This document shows, piece by piece, positions 16,716-25,334 of a stretch of 44,505 nucleotides of DNA. Below the pieces are notes generated by a model. The model searched no databases and was not told the origin of the DNA. It saw nothing but the letters and a program-made list of their open reading frames with translations. Every line of letters starts with the position of its first letter. Position 1 is the first letter of the stretch. This stretch comes from Parcubacteria group bacterium Gr01-1014_3 (GTDB lineage: Bacteria; Patescibacteriota; Minisyncoccia; UBA6257; WO2-44-18), in the NCBI GenBank assembly GCA_007376445.1, contig VMGF01000003.1:97024-141528 (forward strand), given 5' to 3'. Both the position numbers and the translations under genes were made by a program.

Positions 16716-16722
16716 AACCAGC

Positions 16723-17730
16723 CTAGCGCTTATTCAGCAAAGTCCTCTTATAGACCTCTAAATGGTTCAAAATAAGCCCAGTTCCCTTTGCCACGCAGAA
16801 CAACGGCTCATCGGCAATATAGGCCTGCACGCCCGTCATCCGCTTGAAGAACTCATCGATATTGCGAAGCTGAGCGCCACCGCCGGAAAGGATCAGGCCT
16901 TTTTCCATAATGTCCGCCACCAGCTCCGGCGGGGTTCTGCTGAAGACATCTTGCACGGAAGCCGCTATGTCCAAAAGATATGGATTCAGAGCCTCGGCAA
17001 TCTCATTGGAGTTGATCACAATATCCCTCGGCAAGCCAGAAACCATATCCCTTCCGCGGGTTTTAAATTCCAGACGCTCCTTGGTCGGCAAGGCGGAACC
17101 GGCTTCGATCTTGGCCGCTTCAGCGGTCTGCTCACCGATGTGCAGGCCGTACTTCTTTTTAATATAATCCATGATCGCGTGATCAAATTTATTACCGGCC
17201 ACCCGCAAACTAGACTGGGCCACGATACCACCCAGAGCTACTACAGCCACCTCGGAAGTACCGCCGCCGATATTGATTATCAGGTTTCCGGAATGATTGT
17301 TGATTGGAACACCGGCGCCCAGCGCGGCCAGAATCGGCTCCTTGACGATATAGGCGTCTTTAGCGCCCGCTTCCCTCGCGGCATTAACTACCGCGCGCCG
17401 CTCAGTCGGCGAAATACCGGCCGGCACAGAAATAACAACTTCCGGACGGAAGAGGTTGAAGGAGCCAGTAGCTTTGGTAATAAAATACCTCAGCATCGCT
17501 TTAGTGATGTAGTAATCGGCGATTACGCCATCTTTCATTGGGCGGTACGCGATGATATCGTCCGGTGTGCGACCGATCATGTCTTTTGCTTCTTTACCGA
17601 CGGCCAAAACACCATTATCCGGACTACTCAAAGCCACGATGGTCGGCTCGTTAACAATAAAACCGCGTCCCGGCACGAAGACGATCGTATTCGCGGTACC
17701 AAGATCTATGCCAATTTTTCGAGTGAACAT
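16723..17730 (-). CDS. mreB: MreB paralogue (copy 2)
   Basis: 335 aa with IGIDLGTANT, NIGGGTSEVAV and a full-length actin fold. Confidence 0.88.
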   Translation of the reverse strand: MFTRKIGIDLGTANTIVFVPGRGFIVNEPTIVALSSPDNGVLAVGKEAKDMIGRTPDDIIAYRPMKDGVIADYYITKAMLRYFITKATGSFNLFRPEVVISVPAGISPTERRAVVNAAREAGAKDAYIVKEPILAALGAGVPINNHSGNLIINIGGGTSEVAVVALGGIVAQSSLRVAGNKFDHAIMDYIKKKYGLHIGEQTAEAAKIEAGSALPTKERLEFKTRGRDMVSGLPRDIVINSNEIAEALNPYLLDIAASVQDVFSRTPPELVADIMEKGLILSGGGAQLRNIDEFFKRMTGVQAYIADEPLFCVAKGTGLILNHLEVYKRTLLNKR

Positions 17731-17737
17731 GGGGCGT

Positions 17738-17830
17738 AAATTTTTAATTTTAAGTTTTAAGTTTTAAATTAATTTTAGAATTTATAAATTTGATCATTTG
17801 TTTAAAATTGAAAATTTATAATTTAAAATT
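17738..17830. repeat. AT-rich palindromic repeat, degenerate copy E
   Basis: Recognisable left and right arm motifs. The right arm overlaps the murA stop codon. Confidence 0.55.
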
Positions 17831-19145
17831 ATTCTTTTCTAATAATGCTAGCTCCCAATTTTCTCAATCTCTCATCTATCCGCTCATATCCCCTATCAAT
17901 TTCCTCGGCGCCGGTGATCACCGATTCTCCATCAGCGATCAGGGCGGCGATGATATGAGCGATCCCAGAACGCAGATCTCTTACTTCTAAATTCGCGGCT
18001 TTCAATTTGCTCGGTCCATGTATCGCCGCGCTATGGTTATGATCGCGTCCGGCAAAGCGGCAGGAACCTCCTCCTAGACACTGTGAGAATACTTTAATCT
18101 CCGCGCCCATTAAATTCAAGTCTTTCACATAACTGAAGCGATCTTCATAAACTGTTTCGTGAATGGTCGAATCGCCATCGGCTTGCGTCAGAAGCACCGC
18201 CACTGGCTGCTGCCAATCGGTCATGAAGCCCGGATACGGATCTGTTTCTATATTTGCCGGTTTTAAAATTTTATTTTCCGGAGGCCGATAAAATACTATG
18301 CCTCCACTTTGAATTTCATACTCGCCGCCGATTTTCCTCAAAACATTTAAAAAAGTGATCAGGTCGTCATGCCTGGCTTCTTTGACTAAAATGCGCCCAC
18401 CGGTGGCGACCGCCAGAGACGCGAAAGAAACCGCTTCGTTGCGATCCGGCATAATCCGATAAGTCACTCCGCGCAGCTCTTTTACGCCATCGATATAAAT
18501 ATTTCGGTTAGCGCCCACTTCAATGATCGCCCCCATCTGCTGAAGCATTTTTATTAGATCCAATACTTCCGGTTCGACGGCGGCATTATGAATCTCCGTT
18601 AGTCCAACGGCCAAAACGGCGGCCAAAATCGTGTTCTCGGTCGCGCCAACGCTTGGATAACGAAAAGTAATATTCGCGCCATGCAATCCATTCTTCGCCG
18701 AAGCGACATAGCGATCTTCAAGGATTTCGATCTCGGCGCCCATCGCCGTCAAAGCGTTAATATGAATATCCACTGGACGTGGACCGATTTTATCACCACC
18801 CAAGATCGGTACTTCCGCCTCCCCCACCCTGGCAAGGAGCGGACCGAGCGCCAGAATCGGAATGCGGTTACGGCGGCTTAAGGAAATTACTTTGGAATTT
18901 TTAATCTCCGGCGTGTGAATTTTCAGAACCGAACCATCCGGCCGATTTTCGACTTCGATATTAGACCCGATAGACCGGCAAAGTTCAGCCGTGATCTCAG
19001 TGTCTCCAATCTCCGGAAAATTCTCCAGAACGCACGGCTCGGAAGTCAGAATAGAAGCCACCATCATTTTGGTCGCCGCGTTCTTCGCTCCCGCAAGACG
19101 AATCTCGCCTTCCAGCTTTTTTCCTCCTCGGATAATAAACTTCAT
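17829..19145 (-). CDS. murA: UDP-N-acetylglucosamine 1-carboxyvinyltransferase
   Basis: MKFIIRGGKKLEGEIRLAGAKNAATK..., GGDKIGPRPVDIH. 438 aa. Confidence 0.92.
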   Translation of the reverse strand: MKFIIRGGKKLEGEIRLAGAKNAATKMMVASILTSEPCVLENFPEIGDTEITAELCRSIGSNIEVENRPDGSVLKIHTPEIKNSKVISLSRRNRIPILALGPLLARVGEAEVPILGGDKIGPRPVDIHINALTAMGAEIEILEDRYVASAKNGLHGANITFRYPSVGATENTILAAVLAVGLTEIHNAAVEPEVLDLIKMLQQMGAIIEVGANRNIYIDGVKELRGVTYRIMPDRNEAVSFASLAVATGGRILVKEARHDDLITFLNVLRKIGGEYEIQSGGIVFYRPPENKILKPANIETDPYPGFMTDWQQPVAVLLTQADGDSTIHETVYEDRFSYVKDLNLMGAEIKVFSQCLGGGSCRFAGRDHNHSAAIHGPSKLKAANLEVRDLRSGIAHIIAALIADGESVITGAEEIDRGYERIDERLRKLGASIIRKE

Positions 19146-19259
19146 TGTGGCTTAATTTTACACCAAATTTAAAACTCCACCAATATGGCTAATCTAGCGC
19201 GAATATACTAATTCAAAAATTGGTATATTGGTGCTCTATTCGTATATTAGTGAAGTTTT

Positions 19260-19673
19260 CTATTTAGAGTCTGAAATCAAAGCCTTGAGCTTATAGAACA
19301 GCGCGAACGCGGTTCCGCCCAGCATATCCAACAAAAGATCGCCAAAGACGTCATCCAGTGGATCCTGTTTTATGCCAACAATTGAAGCAACCACGTACTC
19401 ATACCATTCCCAGGCAACCCCAATAAAAATGGAGAAGCCGACGATGATCAGTCCGTTCAAAACCGCTGACCGGCTGAGGCGGAAATTATTGGTTAATAAA
19501 AGATAGGAGCTCAAACCGGCGATCCAAAATCCGCCAAGAAAATGTAAAATCAAATCGGTATAAAACGGAGCCGGATTGGCAATGGAGTAATGCGTGTTGA
19601 AGAAATAGAAACCGATAGCGATTACCAGCAGTAATCCTGCTAAAAAGTATTTCAGTTTTAGCGTTTGGCCCAT
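19260..19673 (-). CDS. hypothetical 4-TM membrane protein
   Basis: 137-aa ORF overlapping the rpsI 3' end by 16 nt. No family recognised with confidence. Confidence 0.55.
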   Translation of the reverse strand: MGQTLKLKYFLAGLLLVIAIGFYFFNTHYSIANPAPFYTDLILHFLGGFWIAGLSSYLLLTNNFRLSRSAVLNGLIIVGFSIFIGVAWEWYEYVVASIVGIKQDPLDDVFGDLLLDMLGGTAFALFYKLKALISDSK

Positions 19674-20092
19674 TGTGGAGCGCGGCGAGCTTTCTTAAGG
19701 CCGTACTTCTTACGCTCAACCATTCTGGCATCACGAGTCAGATAACCGGCGCCTTTTAAAACCAACCGAAGAGAAGCGTCAGAGAGAACTAAAGCCCTGG
19801 AAATGGAGTTACGAACAGCGTCAGCCTGCGCGTTGATACCGCCACCGGAGACCATTACCGAAGCGCCCATTTTCTCCGCCAATTTTACCAAAGCTAAAGG
19901 AGCCATCGCGACCATCTGGTTGCGCGTGGATTTAAAATATTCTTTGTAGTCTTTTCCGTTGACGGTAAGCACTCCACCCTTGGCGAAAACGCGAGCCACG
20001 GCATTCGCGGTCTTCCGGCCGCCTTTCGCGGAAACATAAGTAATCGCCTTTTCTTTAACTTCTTTTTTGGTTGTAACTTTGGCAGTCATCAT
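19658..20092 (-). CDS. rpsI: 30S ribosomal protein S9
   Basis: C-terminus KKYGLKKARRAPQWAKR, downstream of rplM. Confidence 0.92.
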   Translation of the reverse strand: MMTAKVTTKKEVKEKAITYVSAKGGRKTANAVARVFAKGGVLTVNGKDYKEYFKSTRNQMVAMAPLALVKLAEKMGASVMVSGGGINAQADAVRNSISRALVLSDASLRLVLKGAGYLTRDARMVERKKYGLKKARRAPQWAKR

Positions 20093-20099
20093 GATGATA

Positions 20100-20441
20100 T
20101 TACTTTTCCACGACTAAACGGTTCATGCGATCCTGACGGATCCAGTTCTTTGGAAGCATTCGAGACACGACTAACTTTAAAACCTTCTCCGGAGATCGCG
20201 CGAAGGCCTCCTTGTAAGTGCGCTCACGAAGATGACCCATATAGCCGGTGTGGCGATAGTAAACTTTCTTTGTTTCCTTTTGCCCGGTAACTACGATCTG
20301 ACCGGCGTTTTTGACGACTACCTTATCGGTGCCTGGCAAGCGCGGATTATAGCTAGGACTCAATTTGCCCTGCAGAATGAGGGCGATCTTCGAAGCCAGC
20401 CGGCCGAGTGTTTGATTTTTAGCGTCAATTACGTGTTCCAT
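20100..20441 (-). CDS. rplM: 50S ribosomal protein L13 (short form)
   Basis: IDAKNQTLGRLASKIALILQGK...YYRHTGYMG. 113 aa; the usual N-terminal segment is missing. Confidence 0.88.
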   Translation of the reverse strand: MEHVIDAKNQTLGRLASKIALILQGKLSPSYNPRLPGTDKVVVKNAGQIVVTGQKETKKVYYRHTGYMGHLRERTYKEAFARSPEKVLKLVVSRMLPKNWIRQDRMNRLVVEK

Positions 20442-20464
20442 ATATCGGGAAGAGTTTAGCTAAA

Positions 20465-20800
20465 TTACTTTACAAATTCAATAGTGGCCACATAAGCCGC
20501 GTCGCGCTTGCGCGCCTTGCCGCCTTTTATGATACGAAGATACCCGCCGTTTCTGGTCAAATACCTGGGACCAATATCAAAATACATCTTTTTGGCAGAT
20601 TGAGCCGGAAGTTTTTCTAACAAGCTACGCAAAGAAGCCAGTTGCTGTTTTTTCGCGATCGAAACCATGCGCTCCACTATCGGACGAATTTCTTTAGCCC
20701 GGGTTATCGTGGTCTCGATCCTCTCTTTCATTATTAAATTGTTAGCGAGGCTCTTAAAAAAAGAGATACGTGGGCCTCGTGTTCGATTGAATTTACGCAT
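20465..20800 (-). CDS. rplQ: 50S ribosomal protein L17
   Basis: MRKFNRTRGPRISFFKSLANNLIMKERIETTITRAKE..., after rpoA. Confidence 0.9.
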   Translation of the reverse strand: MRKFNRTRGPRISFFKSLANNLIMKERIETTITRAKEIRPIVERMVSIAKKQQLASLRSLLEKLPAQSAKKMYFDIGPRYLTRNGGYLRIIKGGKARKRDAAYVATIEFVK

Positions 20801-20820
20801 GGTGTTTAGGCTTGGACTTC

Positions 20821-21621
20821 TTATTTAGCCTTTTTAACTTTAGCAGTCTTGGCTTTTTTTTCTTTTCCTCCAGAGGCGGATCCTCCTTTGGCGGACTTTT
20901 CACCCTTGGCTTTAACCTCCTGCTCTTTCACTTCAATTTGAGAAACTTTGGCGAAGTGATCCTGCAAAATGTTGCTCGCCTTATGAAGAGCGGACGAAGG
21001 AGAGATGGAGCCATCGGTCTCAATCACCAAGCGGAGCTTGTTGTAGTCGGCTCGTTCACCCACGCGCATGTTTTCCACAGTGAAGTTCACCTTGGAAACA
21101 GGAGAGAACAAGGCATCAACTGCTACGACACCAATCGGAAGCTTCTCGCTGCGGCGAGCTTCGGCCGGAACATAACCCAGGCCCTTCTCCACGGTAATTT
21201 CCATGTCTAATTCGGCGCCCTTGCTGGTAAGGTGCGCGATCTCCACGTCCGGAGTGATCAAATCAACCTCCGCGTTGGTCTTAATATCGGCGGCGGTGAC
21301 ATCCTTTTCGCCCTTCACTTTCAAGGTCAAAACCTGCGGTTCATTGGTGTGGATCGCGAAACGGATCTTCTTGCAGTTCAACATGATCTCAACGACATCC
21401 TCACGGACACCCTCGATGGTGCTAAACTCATGGCTGACGCCATTGATCTTGATCTGAGTAATAGCCGCGCCCGGAAGCGAAGACAATAAAGCCCGGCGCA
21501 AAGCGTTACCCAAAGTAATGCCGTAGCCGGTGTACAAGCCTTCAATCTCAAAAACACCCTCAGTATTGGTTTCCGAGACCTTTTTGATGCTGACGCTATC
21601 GCTTAAATATTGATATTCCAT
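20821..21621 (-). CDS. rpoA: DNA-directed RNA polymerase alpha subunit, N-terminal domain only, with a Lys-rich tail
   Basis: A typical alpha-NTD (GITLGNALRRALLSSLPG...) runs up to ...ILQDHFAKVSQIE. It is followed by a K/E/G/A-rich tail of about 36 aa. No alpha-CTD-like sequence. Confidence 0.88.
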   Translation of the reverse strand: MEYQYLSDSVSIKKVSETNTEGVFEIEGLYTGYGITLGNALRRALLSSLPGAAITQIKINGVSHEFSTIEGVREDVVEIMLNCKKIRFAIHTNEPQVLTLKVKGEKDVTAADIKTNAEVDLITPDVEIAHLTSKGAELDMEITVEKGLGYVPAEARRSEKLPIGVVAVDALFSPVSKVNFTVENMRVGERADYNKLRLVIETDGSISPSSALHKASNILQDHFAKVSQIEVKEQEVKAKGEKSAKGGSASGGKEKKAKTAKVKKAK

Positions 21622-21634
21622 GTGTTTTGTTTTG

Positions 21635-22249
21635 TTATTTAGAATAGTAGTCGATGACCATATTTACGTCAAACGGGATTTCGAAGTCTTTTGGCAGAGA
21701 TGCCACCTTGCCTATCATCTTATCCTTATCCAGGGCAAGCCAGATCGGAGTCTCATACTTCGCCAGATCCGCCGCAAGGTTCTTGTAGAGGTTGTAATCC
21801 TTAGATTGCGGTCGGATGGTGATCGTGTCCCCTACCTTTACCTGTAGCGAAGGCACGGTAACTTTACGATCATTCACCATGATGTGTCCGTGGCTGACTG
21901 CCTGACGCGCCATCGAGCGAGATGGAGCGAAACCCAGACGATAGACCACGTTATCCAGTCTCCGCTCAAGCAAACTCACGATCAACGGACCGGTGTTGGA
22001 AGGAGTCTTAATGGCTTTTTCCACTACCCGGCGCATCTGGGCCTCACGAAGACCATAGGCGAACTTGAACTTTTGCTTCTCTTGGAGCTGCTGGCCAAAC
22101 TCAGACAATGCCCGGCGACGAGCGCCACCATGCTGACCAGGTTTATTCGGATGCCTCATCATCGCGCATTTCGGTGAATTACAACGATGGGCTTTTATGA
22201 AAAGCTTGATTCCTAGTGATCTTTCTTTTTTCTCTGTTCGCGCGTACAT
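21635..22249 (-). CDS. rpsD: 30S ribosomal protein S4
   Basis: 204 aa with an S4 N-terminal Cys cluster region and an S4 RNA-binding domain, in operon context. Confidence 0.9.
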   Translation of the reverse strand: MYARTEKKERSLGIKLFIKAHRCNSPKCAMMRHPNKPGQHGGARRRALSEFGQQLQEKQKFKFAYGLREAQMRRVVEKAIKTPSNTGPLIVSLLERRLDNVVYRLGFAPSRSMARQAVSHGHIMVNDRKVTVPSLQVKVGDTITIRPQSKDYNLYKNLAADLAKYETPIWLALDKDKMIGKVASLPKDFEIPFDVNMVIDYYSK

Positions 22250-22258
22250 GTTTTTATT

Positions 22259-22726
22259 TTATACTCTACGGACTTTTGGCGGCTTCGGGCCGTTGTGCGG
22301 AATCGGAGTTACGTCTTTGATGGAAAGAATATTGAAACCCTGATTGGCCAAAGAACGGATCGCCGAATCCCGGCCACCGCCTACACCGCTCACGAATACC
22401 GACACATTCAATGGACCGGATTTCTTTACCTTTTCCGCCAATGCGGCGATTATCTTGGAAGCGGCGAACGGAGTCGCCTTTTTCGGACCGGCAAAACCCA
22501 ATGAACCGGCGGAACTCCAGGCAATCAGGTTGCCCTTTTCATCGGTTATGGAAATCAAGGTGTTGTTGTAAGAAGCTTTGACATAAACCCGGCCCTTATC
22601 CAACTTTTTGGAAATTTTTGATTCAACGGCAACCGTCTCCTCGGCCACGGCTTTAACTTCGGCCTGTTCCGGGGCTTTCTTATCTTTGACCTCTTTGACT
22701 TCAGTTGTAGCTTTTTTTGCTGGCAT
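22259..22726 (-). CDS. rpsK: 30S ribosomal protein S11 (with N-terminal K/E-rich extension)
   Basis: GRVYVKASYNNTLISITDEKGN...GFAGPKKATPFAA. Confidence 0.9.
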   Translation of the reverse strand: MPAKKATTEVKEVKDKKAPEQAEVKAVAEETVAVESKISKKLDKGRVYVKASYNNTLISITDEKGNLIAWSSAGSLGFAGPKKATPFAASKIIAALAEKVKKSGPLNVSVFVSGVGGGRDSAIRSLANQGFNILSIKDVTPIPHNGPKPPKVRRV

Positions 22727-22740
22727 ATTTTTACGATTTT

Positions 22741-23124
22741 TTATTTCAGTTCACTCTTACGGCGACCGCTACCGGCAGTCTTACGGACATTGCCGCGAAC
22801 GGTGCGGGAGTTGGTCTTGGTGCGCTGACCGCGGACCGGCAATTTGCGGGAGTGGCGGGCGCCACGATAAGTAGCCAAATCTTTCAAAAGATTCACGTGT
22901 TGTTTGATAATCTGGCGCAATTCACCTTCTACTTTGTAGTGCTTTTCAATATAACCCTGAATCTTGTTGAGCTCCGCCGGTGTAATTTCTTTGGCGCGCT
23001 TGCCCGGTTCAACTCCAGTTTCGGCCAAGATTTTAGTAGCCAAAGAACGGCCAATGCCGTAGAGATAACCGAGAGAGATCTCGATTCGCTTATTGTCTGG
23101 AATGTTAATACCGAAAATTCTCAT
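22741..23124 (-). CDS. rpsM: 30S ribosomal protein S13
   Basis: MRIFGINIPDNKRIEISLGYLYGIGRSLA... Confidence 0.92.
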   Translation of the reverse strand: MRIFGINIPDNKRIEISLGYLYGIGRSLATKILAETGVEPGKRAKEITPAELNKIQGYIEKHYKVEGELRQIIKQHVNLLKDLATYRGARHSRKLPVRGQRTKTNSRTVRGNVRKTAGSGRRKSELK

Positions 23125-23127
23125 TTT

Positions 23128-23244
23128 TTAACCTTGTCGTTGTTTATGCTTCGGCGTTTTTTTGCAAATAATATAAACACGGCCACTCCTTCGAACGGCC
23201 TTGCAGTGATCACAAATTACTTTTACAGAAGATCGAACCTTCAT
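23128..23244 (-). CDS. rpmJ: 50S ribosomal protein L36
   Basis: Hand-translated and missed by the ORF track: [38 protein letters not shown]. It sits in the canonical position between infA and rpsM. Confidence 0.9.
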   Translation of the reverse strand: MKVRSSVKVICDHCKAVRRSGRVYIICKKTPKHKQRQG

Positions 23245-23251
23245 TTAATTT

Positions 23252-23476
23252 TTATAGCCTGCGAGTAATCCGGCCCCGATTGTCATCGTACGACGTCATT
23301 TCCATAGTCACCCTATCACCTGGCAAAATCCGGATGCGGTGTAATCGCATCTTACCAGAAAGATGAGCAAGTATTTTCTTGTCCCCGTCGATTCTGACCC
23401 AAAAGTTCGCGCCTGGCAGAGCTTCTTCAACCTTGCCATCCACTCGCTTTATATCTTTACCGCTACTCTCAAGCAT
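23252..23476 (-). CDS. infA: translation initiation factor IF-1
   Basis: 74 aa S1-like OB fold: ...GKVEEALPGANFWVRIDGDKKILAHLSGKMR... Confidence 0.92.
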   Translation of the reverse strand: MLESSGKDIKRVDGKVEEALPGANFWVRIDGDKKILAHLSGKMRLHRIRILPGDRVTMEMTSYDDNRGRITRRL

Positions 23477-23532
23477 GTAAGTACCAAGTATATATTACTC
23501 TCATAAAAACGTCAACTCCGCTATAATCCCCA

Positions 23533-25143
23533 TTATTCGACGGTAATTTTAACCTTACTTGGAGCCGTTGGCACCTTTGTGACCCAGAATGGCCAAAGCG
23601 AGATGTGAGCGGTGTCGAGATCCGGCAAGGTCAAAATTAGGGCCCTAAGATCCGCCTCTGTCTTACCCAAAACCTGCTGGCGCAAAAGATCCACGTCCAC
23701 CGTTCGGCTGGCCACGCTCTTAAAGTCCAATGGGAAGCTCAATCGGCCGGCATCCGAATCGAGCCGGGCCTTCGCGTAGATGATTTCCTGGCTCTTAAAT
23801 GTGTATTCAGCGCCGATATCCTTTTGCATCTTCAACGACAGCATTTTCAAAAGGTCCTCTTCTTTGAAAGCGCCGAGGTCCAGCTTGGCCTCGATAGTCA
23901 CCGAAAAATTACCGGCCTCGTCAGTGTCTTGGTTAATTTTTTGTGAAAGCACCACGAAGCTCGACGCGCCATCGATTATTTTCAAGATGGAAGGAATTTT
24001 GCCGGTAATCTTGGCTTTTAACTCGGCCTCGATCTTGGCGACTGCCTCGGTCTTGGCCATTTTGATATCCGAATCAGTCGGCACTGGAACTTCCCCTATC
24101 ACGCCGCCGGACATCGGATCTTTAGACTCGCCATAAAACCCCTGGTACTTCGGCGTACCCTCAAAACCCGGCACGCTGAAATAATTCACGGGACCGATGT
24201 TGTAATCAGAACCAGGCTTATCCGCGATCACAGCCAGATCAATGCTAGATGGGATTACTTTACCGCTAACGATCTTAGCGCCAGGAATCGTCGTGCTCTT
24301 TATAAGGCGGAAAATTTTTCCATCTGGAGTCACGAATCTCGTGGAGGCGACTAATGGCTGAGGGTCGGAGCTATACCCGTTGTAAACAGTGATCTTGCCG
24401 GTGGCTTTCTTCTGCACCGCTTTTTTACCGGTAGCCGGGTAACGTGATTCTAAAGTTTTTCTTTCTGAAAATATCTGCGCCGGAATCTTTGACCTCGTGG
24501 AATCGATCGCGGTTAATTTCTCGGCCACGATCGCGTCTTTATAATTCCAGGTATTTTTCTTGGTAACTGCTTTAACTTCCGCTCTCGGCAGAATTACCAA
24601 GACCAGCCAAGCGATAACGCCAAGAACGACTACCGCGCCGGAACCCCACATCATCCTCCGGAACATACTTGATCCACCTTCGCCTGCTTTAGCAGATACG
24701 CGGGCTGGTAAACGGATTTTTGGGAAAAAACTTTTTGGCCGGATACCTTTTAAAACTCCAAAGAGGCCTTTTCCGCGAACGGTTTCGGAGACTTTCTTTT
24801 GATTCACGGAATCTTCAGCAGCCTCAGACCTATCGGATCGACTAGAGACAATGTCAGAAAATTGGCGGCGGGATCGGATAAAAACTGGATTCAATGACTC
24901 CAGACCAGACAAACCGGCAAGCTCGATAACCTTGTCGTCTACTGATTCAATAATTACTTTTTTATTTAAAAGCTTGGACTCTCTTTTGATCAAATGAAAA
25001 TTCGCCAACGAATCGGCGAGCTTGGAGAATCTGGGAATGTTTAAGATCACCTCCTTCGCGTCGGCGTCGATAATTTTTTCCACAACCAAAGCCACCTCGT
25101 CGCTCTTATTTACCAGAAGTTTTTTAATGGGCTGTTTGGGCAT
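23533..25143 (-). CDS. hypothetical bitopic membrane protein (cytoplasmic N-domain, one TM, large beta-rich extracytoplasmic domain)
   Basis: 536-aa ORF with a TM segment at MMWGSGAVVVLGVIAWLVLVILP. No family recognised with confidence. Confidence 0.65.
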   Translation of the reverse strand: MPKQPIKKLLVNKSDEVALVVEKIIDADAKEVILNIPRFSKLADSLANFHLIKRESKLLNKKVIIESVDDKVIELAGLSGLESLNPVFIRSRRQFSDIVSSRSDRSEAAEDSVNQKKVSETVRGKGLFGVLKGIRPKSFFPKIRLPARVSAKAGEGGSSMFRRMMWGSGAVVVLGVIAWLVLVILPRAEVKAVTKKNTWNYKDAIVAEKLTAIDSTRSKIPAQIFSERKTLESRYPATGKKAVQKKATGKITVYNGYSSDPQPLVASTRFVTPDGKIFRLIKSTTIPGAKIVSGKVIPSSIDLAVIADKPGSDYNIGPVNYFSVPGFEGTPKYQGFYGESKDPMSGGVIGEVPVPTDSDIKMAKTEAVAKIEAELKAKITGKIPSILKIIDGASSFVVLSQKINQDTDEAGNFSVTIEAKLDLGAFKEEDLLKMLSLKMQKDIGAEYTFKSQEIIYAKARLDSDAGRLSFPLDFKSVASRTVDVDLLRQQVLGKTEADLRALILTLPDLDTAHISLWPFWVTKVPTAPSKVKITVE

Positions 25144-25151
25144 GCTTTTGA

Positions 25152-25257
25152 AATTTTAAATTCCCAATTTTTAATTTTAATTTAATGACCAAATATCAAA
25201 TTTAAAAATTAAATCATTTAAAATTAACTTAAAATTTATAATTAAAAATTTAAAATT
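25152..25257. repeat. AT-rich palindromic intergenic repeat, full-length copy F
   Basis: 106 bp with the same arms and centre as copies A and D. The left arm ends 9 nt from ATG 25143. Confidence 0.85.
25153..25158 (-). promoter_or_regulatory. candidate -10 box TAAAAT, 9 nt upstream of ATG 25143
   Basis: Minus strand reads gggaattTAAAATttcaaaagcATG. Confidence 0.35.
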
Positions 25258-25334
25258 CGATGTCTTCAAGGTGCTAATTTTCAAAATTTTGGATTTTAGT
25301 CATTAGAATTTGTTTCAAGCTTCGTGTTTAGAAT

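Noticed and set aside
16762-17739. A 325-aa plus-strand ORF antisense to the second mreB. Similar antisense ORFs lie inside pheT, PBP2, proS, alaS and the giant gene.
   Set aside because: The opposite strand encodes strongly recognisable proteins in each case, and the antisense products have no recognisable features.
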